DNA of 49,234 bases from Meiothermus sp. GTDB taxonomy: Bacteria; Deinococcota; Deinococci; Deinococcales; Thermaceae. The translations under genes and the position numbers were made by a program. Shown one piece after another: positions 20,311 through 31,969 of the stretch; position 1 is the first letter of the stretch, and every line of letters starts with the position of its first letter. Under the pieces are notes generated by a model. That model made no database searches. It saw nothing but the letters and a program-made list of their open reading frames with translations, and was not told the origin of the DNA. Location: assembly GCA_033762915.1 (NCBI GenBank), contig JANRLD010000059.1, positions 1 through 49,234 on the forward strand, in the 5' to 3' direction.

Positions 20311-21849
20311 TTAGCTGGCAACTCCCCCGACCGTTGTCTGATGCACTGAGAGGCTGTAGGGGTCGCGCAGGTCGCCCTCGAGCACCACCAAATCCGCCCA
20401 CTTGCCCGCCTCCAGGCTCCCCCGGTTGCCCTCGTCGCCCTGGGCGGTCGCGCCGCCCATCGTGTAGGCCCACAGGGCTTGCTCGAGGCCCACCTCATTT
20501 CCGGCTACCAGAGGTTCCCTCAGCGCTGCCTGCAGGCCCTTCAGCGGCTCGACCTGCCGTACCACCGGCCCGTCGGAGGAGAAGGCTACGGTCAGGCCGG
20601 CCTCGAACATGGCCCGCAGGTTGAAGCAGCGTCCGAACCACTCGTCGGGCACGTAGCGCTCGTAGTTGGCCCGCAGCTCGCGGATGAAGACCGGCTGCGG
20701 CACCGCGATGATGCCCGAGGCCCTGGCCCGCGCCAGGTGCTCTGGCCCGGCCAGCCCGAAGTGCTCAATGCGGTGGCGGGGGCCGGGGGAGTCCTGGTAT
20801 AGCCGCTCGTAGGCGGTCAAAATCTGATCCATGGCCCGGTCCCCGATGGCGTGGGTGCCGATGCGGAAGCCAGCGCGGTGGGCCTCCAAGGCCAGCCCGA
20901 AGAGGTCGTCGTCGTCGAAGCGCAGGATGCCGTACTGGGGCGGCTCGAGGGTCTTGTAGGGCTGCGAGATGGCGGCGGTCGCGCCGGAGAGCCCGCCGTC
21001 GCCGAAGAACTTCACCGACGTGCAGCGCAGCCAGTCCGAGACGTACTTTTCGGGCAGCGCGAAGGTCTGGGTTCCGCCGTCGGGGCGGCGGATGTAGAGG
21101 CAGTTGACCCGGATGGGCAGCTTGCCCCGGGCCTCGAGGGCCCGGTAGGCGGCATAGAGCGGCGGGTCCACGGCGGGGTCGGTGGCGCTGGTGACGCCCA
21201 GGCTGCGCAGGTACTCGCAGCCGGCCTTGGCCCAGAACTCGTACTGCGCCTGGGTGGGCTCGCCCATGGCCCGGAAGGCCAGCCCGTAGGCGGTCTCGTA
21301 GAGGATGCCCCCGTCGTAGTTGATCTCGCCGCCCGGCACGTGCGTGTCGGGGGTGATGCCCGAGAGCTGAAGGGCCTGGGAGTTGACCGCGTGGATGTGG
21401 GCGCAGGTGCGGGTGAGCAGTACCGGGTTGTGCGGGGCCAGCCGGTCCAGGGCGGCCCGGTCGGGCATGGCTTTTTCGGCCAGCATGGCCTCGTTCCAGC
21501 CGCGCCCCCACAGCCACTCGCCGGGTTTTAGGGTTTTGGCCCGCTCCGCCACGCGGCTGTAGATCTCCTCGAGGCTCCCCACCCCGCGCAAGTCCAGCAT
21601 GGTGGTGCGCAGCTGCCCCACCTTCCAGATGTGCACGTGGGCGTCGTTGAAGCCCGGCAACAGGGTGCGGCCCTCGAGGTTTATGCGCCGGGTGTCGGGT
21701 GAGGTCAGGGGCTCGAGGTCGGACAGCTTGCCCACCCCGGCGATCCGGCCGTCGCGGACCAGGAGGGCCTCGAGGGGCTGAAGGCTGAACGTTGACTGTT
21801 GAAGGTCGGGGGACAGGATTTGACCGTCGGTGATGAGGCTCGAGGGCAT
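20311..21849 (-). CDS. YtcJ-like amidohydrolase (family 3)
   Basis: LPGFNDAHVH, KFFGDG, HAIGDRA, RHRIEH, SSDGPV and GKWADLVVL motifs. Confidence 0.9.
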   Translation of the reverse strand: MPSSLITDGQILSPDLQQSTFSLQPLEALLVRDGRIAGVGKLSDLEPLTSPDTRRINLEGRTLLPGFNDAHVHIWKVGQLRTTMLDLRGVGSLEEIYSRVAERAKTLKPGEWLWGRGWNEAMLAEKAMPDRAALDRLAPHNPVLLTRTCAHIHAVNSQALQLSGITPDTHVPGGEINYDGGILYETAYGLAFRAMGEPTQAQYEFWAKAGCEYLRSLGVTSATDPAVDPPLYAAYRALEARGKLPIRVNCLYIRRPDGGTQTFALPEKYVSDWLRCTSVKFFGDGGLSGATAAISQPYKTLEPPQYGILRFDDDDLFGLALEAHRAGFRIGTHAIGDRAMDQILTAYERLYQDSPGPRHRIEHFGLAGPEHLARARASGIIAVPQPVFIRELRANYERYVPDEWFGRCFNLRAMFEAGLTVAFSSDGPVVRQVEPLKGLQAALREPLVAGNEVGLEQALWAYTMGGATAQGDEGNRGSLEAGKWADLVVLEGDLRDPYSLSVHQTTVGGVAS

Positions 21850-21892
21850 AGGGCTATTGTATTGCCGGAAAAACCCACCGGCCTTGCAGTCT

Positions 21893-22792
21893 TCACTCCC
21901 CAATCAACGCCTTCAGCTCCCGGTAGCCGATCACCTTGATGTTCAGCTCCTCGAGCATCCTCCGCAGCTCCACGCTCCGGAAGATCTTCTCGTCGCCCAC
22001 CCTCGAGCGCCAGTCCGGGCAGATGGCCCGCAGCTCGGGGGTGTCCACGCTGGGGTGGAAGGCGAAGTGGGTTAGGCCAGGCTTGAACTGGCTTAGGACG
22101 CTCCGGGCGGTCTCGAGGCGCACCTCGAGGGCGTCCTCGCGGCTGTTGAGATCGCTGGAGAGGGGCATGCCGTCGAAGTGGTCGATGGTGGGGAAGCCCC
22201 GCGCCAGCAGGTAGGGCTCGAGGGCGCGGGCCAGGGTGCAGGTTTCCTCGTCCATCCACAGCCCCGACCCCCCCGAACTCGGGAACATCACCGGCACCCC
22301 CTCCTCCAGTGCGATGCCCACGTACTCGCCCAGTAGGCTGGAGTGTAGCGAGCTGAGCATGTGGGAGTCCATGTGGGTGGGGTCGACGCCGTGGGCGTCG
22401 AAGAGGCGGAACTGTGCGGCCATCTCGGCGCGGGCAGCCTCGGGCCGGGCGCTGGCCCGCACCTCTGGGCTGCGGCGGGGGAAGAAGCCTTGCGGGTCCA
22501 GCAGGCCGCTTGCGGGGTCCAGTGTAGAGAGAGGCCGCCAGCGGTAGTGCTGCCACTCGCTGGTCAGGGTGATGTGTACCCCCACATCGGCCTGGGCCTG
22601 GCCCGCAATCTCCAGCGCGGCCCCCGCCCACGCACACGGGGCCATTACGGCGTAGCTCGAGGTCAGCCCGAAGTCCAGCAGGTTCTCAAAGGCAGGGAGG
22701 GTGGCCTGGCACATCCCGATATCGTCGGCGTGCAGAATAACCACCCGGTCGGTAGGGCTAAAGCCGAGACGCTCGAGGGTGCTCTGGGGCAT
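21893..22792 (-). CDS. YdjC/ChbG/HpnK-family carbohydrate deacetylase
   Basis: ILHADDIG, GVHITLTSEW, THMDSHM and FHP motifs. Confidence 0.87.
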   Translation of the reverse strand: MPQSTLERLGFSPTDRVVILHADDIGMCQATLPAFENLLDFGLTSSYAVMAPCAWAGAALEIAGQAQADVGVHITLTSEWQHYRWRPLSTLDPASGLLDPQGFFPRRSPEVRASARPEAARAEMAAQFRLFDAHGVDPTHMDSHMLSSLHSSLLGEYVGIALEEGVPVMFPSSGGSGLWMDEETCTLARALEPYLLARGFPTIDHFDGMPLSSDLNSREDALEVRLETARSVLSQFKPGLTHFAFHPSVDTPELRAICPDWRSRVGDEKIFRSVELRRMLEELNIKVIGYRELKALIGE

Positions 22793-22873
22793 GGGGAAAG
22801 TCTACAGCGCTTTTCAGCCGGAACCCCGACCCTGTACTTGAGGAATGCCTGCAAGCAGCTTTTGCAATATGCC

Positions 22874-23671
22874 TTACTGATGGCCCAGAAACTCGAGTAA
22901 AGCCGCATTCACCAACTCGGGGGCCTCCATGTTCGCCATGTGCCCGACTCCGCGCAGCAGCAAGTGTCGGGCTTGGGGCACTTGCTGCGCGATGAACTCG
23001 CCCGCCTGCAATAAGTCGGGGGTGTCGTGCTCGCCCACCATCAGCAGTAGGGGCATCTTCAGCTCGGCCAGGCGCTCTGCGGCGGGCGGCTCGAGTCCGC
23101 GCTCGGGGTTTTTGTTCAGGAAGTGCCAGCCGGAGTAGTCGGACACTATTTGCTCGAGGCGGGCCACGACACCGGGCTGACGATGCGCAGGCACAAAAAA
23201 CGGATGAGCCAGCCAGGACTCCTTGGCGGCGGGGATGCCGCCCTCGCGGGCGCGTTGCCAGACCAAGGCAAAGCGGGCCGAGCCTTCGGGTGACCACTTG
23301 AGGCCGTTCAGCCCGCCATCAATCAGGGTCAGGCTGAGGGCGCAGTTGGGATGGGTGAGGGCAAAATCCAGCACCACTGCGCCACCTTTAGACAGCCCAA
23401 TCAGGTGGGCTTGCTCGACCTCGAGGTGCTCCATCAGCGCCTTCAGGTCGTCCGCGTGCGAGTAGGGTTCGCTGGGCAGACCCGACTGCCCGAAGCCGCG
23501 CATGTCGTAGCGGATGGCCCGAAAGTGATGGGTCAGCGGCAGGAACTGGTCGTCCCACATGCGGGTGTCGAGGGTGAAGCCGTGCACCAGCACCACGGGT
23601 GTTCCCTCGCCTGCGCTTTCGTAGTACAGCCGTGTACCGTTGACCTCGGCAAAGCCGTGTTGAGTCTTCAT
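22874..23671 (-). CDS. Alpha/beta fold hydrolase
   Basis: LVHGF, DMRGFG, GLSKGG, GEHD and GHMANME motifs. Confidence 0.9.
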   Translation of the reverse strand: MKTQHGFAEVNGTRLYYESAGEGTPVVLVHGFTLDTRMWDDQFLPLTHHFRAIRYDMRGFGQSGLPSEPYSHADDLKALMEHLEVEQAHLIGLSKGGAVVLDFALTHPNCALSLTLIDGGLNGLKWSPEGSARFALVWQRAREGGIPAAKESWLAHPFFVPAHRQPGVVARLEQIVSDYSGWHFLNKNPERGLEPPAAERLAELKMPLLLMVGEHDTPDLLQAGEFIAQQVPQARHLLLRGVGHMANMEAPELVNAALLEFLGHQ

Positions 23672-23736
23672 CTGGCCTCTCGTTCGGTTGATTGTACTCG
23701 AGCTATACTCGGCCCTAAGCGAAATCGGGGCGAGCC

Positions 23737-24456
23737 ATGCGGTGGGCTATCGGGTTGGCCTGGTTGTGTCTGACGGCGCTGGCGCAGGCCCAGCCGCCGC
23801 AGGAGGTGGTGTTGCGGGCGGCGGACGGGCTGCCGGTGTATGCCACCTTCTACGCCAGCTCGCCCAGCCGCCCGGTGATCCTGCTGTTTCACCAGACCAG
23901 CTCCAACCGGGGCGAGTACGGAACCATCGCGCCCGAGCTGGTGCGCTGGGGCTTCAACGCGCTGGCGATTGACCAGCGCAGCGGCGGCGGGATGTGGAAC
24001 GGCATGAACCAGACCAAGCTGGCCCTGGGGCGCGAGGCCGGGTTCCTCGAGAGCTGGCCTGACCTCGAGGCCGCCCTGGCCTGGGCCAAGGCCCGCCCCT
24101 TCCGCCGCATCCTGGCCTGGGGCAGCAGCTACAGCGCCGCGATGGTGGTGCTGCTGGCGGCCCGGCACCCCGAGGTGGGCGGGGTGATCGCCTTCTCGCC
24201 GGGGGAGTACCTCGAGCAGCCCGACCTGGTGCGCTTGGCGGCCCGGCAGGTGCAGACCCCGCTGTTCTTCGCCTCCACGCGCTACGAGGCGGCATCGGTG
24301 GGGCTGATACTGCGGGCCGCGCCCAGCCGCGATAAGACGCAGTTCATTCCCAAGGATGTGGGGCAGCACGGCTCGAGGGCCCTCCTGAGTCCCTACCGGC
24401 AGGAATACTGGGCGGCGCTGCGGCCCTTCCTGATTCGGATGCGCTCGCTGCGTTAA
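23737..24456 (+). CDS. Exported alpha/beta hydrolase (dienelactone-hydrolase-like)
   Basis: Signal peptide; IDQRSGG, WGSSYSA, FSPGEY and HGS motifs. Confidence 0.8.
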   Translation: MRWAIGLAWLCLTALAQAQPPQEVVLRAADGLPVYATFYASSPSRPVILLFHQTSSNRGEYGTIAPELVRWGFNALAIDQRSGGGMWNGMNQTKLALGREAGFLESWPDLEAALAWAKARPFRRILAWGSSYSAAMVVLLAARHPEVGGVIAFSPGEYLEQPDLVRLAARQVQTPLFFASTRYEAASVGLILRAAPSRDKTQFIPKDVGQHGSRALLSPYRQEYWAALRPFLIRMRSLR

Positions 24457-24468
24457 GATCGAGGCACC

Positions 24469-25011
24469 ATGCAGATTCGCCCCGAACAGCCCTCCGAGTA
24501 CGCGGCCGTCGAGCAGATTCACGTTCTGGCCTTTGGGGGTCCTCGGGAGGCCGGGGTGGTGGCCGCAGTGCGCCGTTCGCCCTTCTACGCCCCCGAACTC
24601 TCGCTGGTGGCCCTCGAGCAGGGCCAGCCCGTCGGGCACGTGCTGTTCAGCTACGTGGGGCTCGAGGACGAGCGGGGGGTGGTGCGTGAGGTGGCGGTGC
24701 TGGCCCCCCTGGCCGTCCGCCCCGGCTTTCAGAGCAAGGGCGCGGGTGGGCAACTGGTGCAAGAGGGTCTGCGGCGCCTCGAGGCCCTGGGCGTTGCGCT
24801 GGTGCTGGTGCGGGGCCACGCCCACTACTACCCCCGCTTTGGCTTCGTGCCCTCGGTTGAGCTGGGCATTCGCCCACCGTTCGCAGTCCCCCAGGCCGAG
24901 TACATGGCCAAGCCCCTCTTGGCCTACACGCCTGCGCACCGGGGCACCGTGCGCTATCCGGCGGCCTTCGCCGAGGTGGGCTACCCGGTCGAGTACGGCC
25001 CTCGTCCTTAG
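24469..25011 (+). CDS. GNAT N-acetyltransferase (YhbS-like)
   Basis: LAPLAVRPGFQSKGAG and GHAHYYPRFGF motifs. Confidence 0.9.
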   Translation: MQIRPEQPSEYAAVEQIHVLAFGGPREAGVVAAVRRSPFYAPELSLVALEQGQPVGHVLFSYVGLEDERGVVREVAVLAPLAVRPGFQSKGAGGQLVQEGLRRLEALGVALVLVRGHAHYYPRFGFVPSVELGIRPPFAVPQAEYMAKPLLAYTPAHRGTVRYPAAFAEVGYPVEYGPRP

Positions 25012-25028
25012 CGGGTTGACCCAAAAGC

Positions 25029-25988
25029 CTAGGTTGCGCTTGCCCGGTCGCGCCGCAGTATCCCGGTAAGGCACCCCGCTGAGCCCGCCGCCTTGCCCAG
25101 CTCGCCGATCTCAACCGTCACACACTCGATCCCCAGCGAAGTGTAAAACGCCTGGGTGTTGGGGCAGCCGGCGGGCATCAGGACCTTGCGCGGCCCCAGG
25201 GTGACGGTGTTGAAGCTGTAGCGCTCTTTGGCTTCCTGCTCGTCGGGCAGCCACTCGAGGCGGTAGCCGTGCGCACGCAGGATCTCTACGGCCCGGTGCG
25301 AAAGCCGGGTGGCCCAGCCGATCGCGAGGTCGTGGTCCACGATCCGCAGCACCCCCATCAGGTGCATGGTGCCGTAGGGCAGCTCGACTTGCACCGCCTC
25401 GACCCCCACGGCCGCCAGCGCGGCCTCGATCTGCTCGAAGGCCTCGTCGTTGGTGCGCAGCCCCCGTGCCACCAGGGCCAGGGTGGGGGAGACCCACATC
25501 AGGTCAGCCCCCTCGAAGACGCCGTGGCCAGCGACGCTGGTCAGGATGGGCATGCCCAGGTTGGCGATGGCCCTGGCCGCCCAGCGCTCCTCGCCCGCCC
25601 GCACGGTGCTGGCCGGCCGCCCCACGACGGCCCCAGAGGGGGTCATGGCGAAGAGGTCGGCCATGAACATCTGGTTGGGGCTGGGGGTGGCGGGGTGCTC
25701 GAGGTCCACCACCTCGACGCCGTGGTCGCGGTAGGCCTGGGCCATGGCCTGGTGCTCCTCGCGGGCTAGCTCGAGGTCGAGGGGGGCCAGCATCTGCACG
25801 GCATTAAAGTCTGCGAGGGCCGAGCGCAGCTCGTCGCCGGGCTGGTGCAGCAGCACCTTGCGTAGGGGCATGTACTCGCTGTCGAGGCCGCACTCGGCCC
25901 AAAGGCTGCCGATTTCCTGCTCGAGGCTCTGGGTGCGTGGCTGCCAGCCGGGGCCGCCGTAGGCAGCGTTCTGGGTGGGGTTTTTCAT
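25029..25988 (-). CDS. Amidinotransferase / dimethylarginine dimethylaminohydrolase family protein
   Basis: DSEY.PLRKVLLH, FEGAD, RTN, MHL and GSAGCLT (catalytic Cys) motifs. Confidence 0.88.
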   Translation of the reverse strand: MKNPTQNAAYGGPGWQPRTQSLEQEIGSLWAECGLDSEYMPLRKVLLHQPGDELRSALADFNAVQMLAPLDLELAREEHQAMAQAYRDHGVEVVDLEHPATPSPNQMFMADLFAMTPSGAVVGRPASTVRAGEERWAARAIANLGMPILTSVAGHGVFEGADLMWVSPTLALVARGLRTNDEAFEQIEAALAAVGVEAVQVELPYGTMHLMGVLRIVDHDLAIGWATRLSHRAVEILRAHGYRLEWLPDEQEAKERYSFNTVTLGPRKVLMPAGCPNTQAFYTSLGIECVTVEIGELGKAAGSAGCLTGILRRDRASAT

Positions 25989-26151
25989 CAGGACTGAGTT
26001 TACTCGCGGCCGGCCGACTGCAAAAGCTCGAAGGCCCCAGAGGGCTGCGCTGCGTCGGCGTAGGCTGTGCAGACCTGCAAAGCTCACCAGTCTGGTGCGG
26101 GCGCTCTCGGCCAGATTGCCAAACCTCTCGAGGGAAGTGCTTAGCAGCCCT

Positions 26152-26814
26152 CTACGAAGGGTAGAGGGTTTGAAGTATCCGCTCTATGTGGGCCTCGACG
26201 TGCGCTTGGTCCAGAATGTTGCCCCCGAGAAAATGGCTGCTCACCGCCGAAAGCCCAAACGCCAAGCCTAAGTTGAGCAGGATAAACAAAAAGCAGCTGT
26301 TGGGATCAAACTGCCGAAGGGCTCCGGTCTTCATGAGGTGACTGAAAAACTGCTGGTGCTGGGCGTTGAGCAGTTCGACTTGCTGGTAGATGTAGTTCAA
26401 GCGCTCGCTTTGCTTGCCTCCTTCGTGCAGCAAAATGCGCATAAACAGCGGGTTTTGGGCCGAGACTCGAGCGAAGTTTCGCATTATTTCTTTATGCGCC
26501 TCAATCAGCGCTCGAGGGTCGCTAAGCTGCTGCGCCGACAGGCCTTGAATGATGCTCTTTTCTCCGTGACCGTAAACCCTCATGGCCTGATCTACGCAAG
26601 CCCTAAACACCTCTTCCTTACTGCCAAAGTGATGGCGAATCAAGCCGTGGGTGGTTCCGGCCCGTTGGGCAATGGTGCGGAGGCTGGCCCCCTCAAAACC
26701 ATGTTCGGCGAACTCGCTAAGTGCGGCCCCCACGATGGCTTCTTTGGTGCGTGCGGCCGTTTGGTCGCTCTGACGGCCGGGTCGGTTGGGGGTATGGGTT
26801 GATTGCATAGACAC
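26152..26814 (-). CDS. TetR/AcrR family regulator
   Basis: FAEHGFEGASLRTIA..GLIRHHFGSKE HTH. Confidence 0.92.
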   Translation of the reverse strand: MSMQSTHTPNRPGRQSDQTAARTKEAIVGAALSEFAEHGFEGASLRTIAQRAGTTHGLIRHHFGSKEEVFRACVDQAMRVYGHGEKSIIQGLSAQQLSDPRALIEAHKEIMRNFARVSAQNPLFMRILLHEGGKQSERLNYIYQQVELLNAQHQQFFSHLMKTGALRQFDPNSCFLFILLNLGLAFGLSAVSSHFLGGNILDQAHVEAHIERILQTLYPS

Positions 26815-26837
26815 CGTTCGTGCTTAGCCTAAACCAT

Positions 26838-26894
26838 TTGACAATATGCTATCCACTCGCATAGCATATCTTTATTGTCCGAACGGATAATAAA
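26838..26894. promoter_or_regulatory. Divergent promoter region with two TetR-type operators
   Basis: TTGACA at 26838. Palindromes ATATGCTAT..ATAGCATAT (26844-69) and TTTATTGTCCG..CGGATAATAAA (26871-94). Confidence 0.75.
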
Positions 26895-26904
26895 AGGAGT
26901 TTAG

Positions 26905-27339
26905 ATGCTACAGCCCACGACCGCAGTCCATAACCAGACCCCCAGGATCGTCGGGGGAATCAAGTGGGTGATGTTGATTTCTGGACTCCTCACCTCGAGC
27001 ATGGTCTACGCCGCAATAGACCCTCAACGGGCCTTGGGTTCGATGTTTGGCACAACCCTCGAGGGGCCGCTGGCCGAAGTGCTGGTGCGCAACTGGGGGG
27101 TTTTAGTTACCCTAGTTGGCCTTCTCCTGATCTATGCTGCCTTCAACCCCCAAATCCGCACCATCGTTGTGGTTCAGGCAGCGGTGAGTAAGGCCGTCTT
27201 TGTCGCTCTAATGCTTGCCTACTTTTCCCAGTACTTCACCCCACAGGCACTGTTTACAATCGCCCTTGACTCGGTAACGGTGCTGGTGTTTGGGTGGTAT
27301 TTGCTGAGGGTTGCTTTGGACCCCACAGCCAAGCCTTAA
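26905..27339 (+). CDS. Hypothetical membrane protein
   Basis: About 4 TM segments; VRNWG and SKAVF motifs; AAGGAG RBS. Confidence 0.8.
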   Translation: MLQPTTAVHNQTPRIVGGIKWVMLISGLLTSSMVYAAIDPQRALGSMFGTTLEGPLAEVLVRNWGVLVTLVGLLLIYAAFNPQIRTIVVVQAAVSKAVFVALMLAYFSQYFTPQALFTIALDSVTVLVFGWYLLRVALDPTAKP

Positions 27340-27350
27340 CCGCCCAGGCT

Positions 27351-28319
27351 TTAGGACTCCAGACGGGTGCCGCTGCCGCAGGCCTCTATGGTTTGTTGGA
27401 CCGCAGGTCGGATGTGGGCGGGCGTGTAGCCCAGGTACTCGGCAGTTGAGGGCGGCAGGTAGGTTTGGGCGCACTGCACCTGCATATAGTGGCGCAGGTT
27501 GAGCCCACTCTTGCGCCCGGTCAGGTCGAACACGGACTGCACCAGTGCCCCAACCGGGTAAAGCGAGGCATAAGGCAGCGACACCACGCGGCGGTTTTTC
27601 CCCAAAGCCGAGGCCATCATCTCGAGCATCTCCCGCCAGGTGTGGTTGTGTCCCCCCAGCGGCAGGCAGTCGCCGTGGCGGGCGCGGAGCAAGGCCCCCA
27701 TCGCCGCTCGGGCCACGTCCTCCACCGAGATCATGGCGGTACCGCCCTCGGGGTAGAGCAGCAGAGGGCTGGCCCGCACGTACTCCACCAGCGGCTTCCA
27801 GATCGGCACCATGCCGGGGGCCCGGCCGAACACATAAGGGATCTCCAGCACCGCCACCTGGGTCTGGCCGCTCGCCGCCGCCCGGCTCTCCTCGAGCTGG
27901 GCCTGGCGGCTGCGCACGTAGGGATGCCGCTCGGCCATCCGCCACCCTGGGTTCTGGCGGTTGAAGTAGGTGAAGTACGAGCCCAAAATCAGCACCTTTT
28001 GAACCTGGGCTTGGCTGGCGGCTTGCACCAGTTTCACGCACGGCACCACATTCTCCCGGTGGAAGAAGGCGTATGCGTCGCCGCGCAGCTCCACCCGCTC
28101 GTCCTTGCCGCCGGCGAACACCACATGCTCGAAGCCTTGGAGTTTGCCCCGCAGGGCCTCGAGATCCTCGCGCTCGAGGTCGATGGGGAGTACCGGAAAC
28201 TCGGCGTCGGCGGTCGCACCCCGTGCCCCGATGACTACCTCGAACTCGCCCGCCCGCAGTAGCCGGCACAGGTGCCAGCCGATAAAGCCCCGCCCGCCGA
28301 TGATCAGCACCCGTTGCAT
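27351..28319 (-). CDS. NAD-dependent epimerase/dehydratase family protein
   Basis: IIGGRGFIG, YVRSR and PYVFG motifs. Confidence 0.85.
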   Translation of the reverse strand: MQRVLIIGGRGFIGWHLCRLLRAGEFEVVIGARGATADAEFPVLPIDLEREDLEALRGKLQGFEHVVFAGGKDERVELRGDAYAFFHRENVVPCVKLVQAASQAQVQKVLILGSYFTYFNRQNPGWRMAERHPYVRSRQAQLEESRAAASGQTQVAVLEIPYVFGRAPGMVPIWKPLVEYVRASPLLLYPEGGTAMISVEDVARAAMGALLRARHGDCLPLGGHNHTWREMLEMMASALGKNRRVVSLPYASLYPVGALVQSVFDLTGRKSGLNLRHYMQVQCAQTYLPPSTAEYLGYTPAHIRPAVQQTIEACGSGTRLES

Positions 28320-28382
28320 CGATCTGATTCTACGGGTTGGGTGGAGCTCGAGGGCTTGGTTGAAGCTCAGGCAAAGTCGATT

Positions 28383-28583
28383 TCCCCCTTCCCCCCCTTG
28401 GCTGCTGTCACCAGCAAGCGGGCGAGCCTTAGCCCGCAGACCGATTGGCCCAAAGGGGGGCTCCTTTACCTCGCAATAACTCGATTTGCACAGCCCCCAA
28501 AAGCCCCCCTTTGGGCGATCAGAGGGCGGTAGCAGACTCCGCAATTCAGCGTGTGGCGAAAACATCAAGGGGGGTAGGGGGGA
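28383..28583. repeat. ~200-bp nested inverted repeat (REPIN-like)
   Basis: Outer arms TCCCCCTTCCCCCCCTTG / CAAGGGGGGTAGGGGGGA. Inner perfect 15-bp arms at 28448-62 / 28502-16. Confidence 0.75.
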
Positions 28584-28674
28584 TTGGGTTTGAGCTCGAG
28601 GCAGTTGCCAGGTGGAGCCATCGCAGACGGCGTTGTAGGAAGGGTGTTTTGTGGGTCCAGTTTTTTTCCGACGC

Positions 28675-29208
28675 TCACCAGACTTCGCCGGGTCGCCACT
28701 CTGCCGACAGTCGAACACGGGTATTTAGTGCAGCGGGCGTTCCAGGCAGGCGTCGGATCATCACCACCTCGTCGGGCGTCGGCACTAAACCCGCGTCCCT
28801 GCGAATGAGCAGGGGGCCCTGCCAAAGCTCCCAGCCGAGACGCCGGTAGAAGGCGGGGTCGGAGGGCGACAGGGCGGCCAAATCGAAATCACTCACCAGC
28901 CCTGGAATTTCCGAAAGGATTGCGGAGGCGTAACCTTTGCCCTGGGCCTCGGGCAAGGTGGCAACCGCCTCGACATATGCGGTTCGCAAGAGGCCCAAGC
29001 CGTCAGGCTGAAGATGCCTCTCCACCCAAGCCGCATGACTGACCATCCGACCCCCAAGCCGGGCGAACACATGCACGGGCTTGGTCAGCAACTCGAGGTG
29101 CGCGGAAAAGTCCTCGTTGTAGGCGCTCGAGCAGAGGTTTAGAATCTCCGCTCTGACCCCGGTGGAAAGCGCCTCGCCGGTGACGACCTCAAAGCTAAGC
29201 TCCGGCAT
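28675..29208 (-). CDS. GNAT acetyltransferase, aminoglycoside 2'-N-acetyltransferase (AAC(2'))-like
   Basis: HAAWVER, LRTAYVEAVAT, LAALSPSD, FYRRLGWELWQGP and C-terminal EWRPGEVW. Confidence 0.78.
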   Translation of the reverse strand: MPELSFEVVTGEALSTGVRAEILNLCSSAYNEDFSAHLELLTKPVHVFARLGGRMVSHAAWVERHLQPDGLGLLRTAYVEAVATLPEAQGKGYASAILSEIPGLVSDFDLAALSPSDPAFYRRLGWELWQGPLLIRRDAGLVPTPDEVVMIRRLPGTPAALNTRVRLSAEWRPGEVW

Positions 29209-29210
29209 TC

Positions 29211-29879
29211 CTACAGTCTCCCGCTCCCCACCTTCTCCGGGTTGCGCCAGACGATAAACACCCCGTAGTTCCCGCAACTGGGGTCGTCGAGATAATCGGG
29301 GATAATCCCCCAGACGTGGTAGCCGCGCTTGAGCTGGATGGAGAGGACGGGGTCGAACATCTCGCCCTTCACCACCCTCGAGACGTACTGCTCGACCGAC
29401 ATGCCGCGCTGGTGGACCGCGAAACCCTTGGGCATCGCGCCGGCCACGTGGCCGCGCAGGCCCAGAGCGCGCACCAGATTCTGGCGTGCAGTGTAGAGCA
29501 GCGTGGACAGCCCCGCGCCGCGGTACTCGGGGTGCACGCCGATGTCGGCGCCGTAGAGCCAGTGGCCCTCGGGCTGGTGGGTGGTGAGCCAGTTGCCTCC
29601 CACGGCCTCGATGTACTTGTGCTGGTAGTGGTTGAAGTCGATCTCGGTGCGGAAGTCGGTGGAGCAGGCCACCACCTTGTTGCTCGAGCGCTCCACCACC
29701 GCGTGCTGGCCCTCGGGAAAGGCCCGCAGGTGCGCGGCGTACTGCTCGGCGCTGATGAGCTCGTCGGCGGCCAGCGAGGGGAAGGAGGCCCGCTGGATGG
29801 CCTCGAGCTGGTCTACCATCCAGTTCTGGCTGTCCACCACCACGAAGCGGTTGTCGGGGCTGGCAAGGATTTCGTTCAC
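29211..29879 (-). CDS. GNAT N-acetyltransferase
   Basis: FPEGQ, WLYGADIGVHPEYRGAG and FDPVLSIQL motifs. Confidence 0.88.
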   Translation of the reverse strand: MNEILASPDNRFVVVDSQNWMVDQLEAIQRASFPSLAADELISAEQYAAHLRAFPEGQHAVVERSSNKVVACSTDFRTEIDFNHYQHKYIEAVGGNWLTTHQPEGHWLYGADIGVHPEYRGAGLSTLLYTARQNLVRALGLRGHVAGAMPKGFAVHQRGMSVEQYVSRVVKGEMFDPVLSIQLKRGYHVWGIIPDYLDDPSCGNYGVFIVWRNPEKVGSGRL

Positions 29880-30036
29880 GGCAGATATAGTATAGTTCCG
29901 CTCAAAGAGGGAACACGAACGCTAAACAGGGCATAGGGAAATCCAACGTCGCCAGCCACTACCCCGCAGCAACCCCTAGCCGACTCCGCAGCTCTTTTTT
30001 GTTTGCCGTTCCCCGTTCCCCACCCTGGAGGAGACC

Positions 30037-30370
30037 TTGAAAGGCAACATCACCATCACCGAGGGAGCCCTGGCCGCCATTCTGGGACTGGCCGCCCACG
30101 AGGTGCCCGGTGTGCTGGGCATGAGTCCGGCGGGCATCCGCGAGTCCATCAGCCGCATCCTGGGCCGGAGCGAGGCCAGCGAGGGCGTGCAGGTCAAGCC
30201 CGACCCTGCCGCCCCCGGCAAGTATCAGGCCGACCTCTACGTGGTGGTGTCCTTCGGGTCGCGCATCCCCACTGTGGTCGATTCCATCGGCGAGCGCGTC
30301 CACTGGGCCGCCAAGAGCCTGGCCGGAGCCGAGCTCAGCGGTGTGCGGGTACACGTGGTGGGGGTCAGCC

Positions 30371-30378
<8 letters not shown>
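30037..30378 (+). CDS. Asp23/Gls24 family protein
   Basis: GNITIT..GLAAHEVPGVLGM..VHVVGV; coupled to the DAK2 gene. Confidence 0.9.
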
Positions 30379-31969
<1,591 letters not shown>

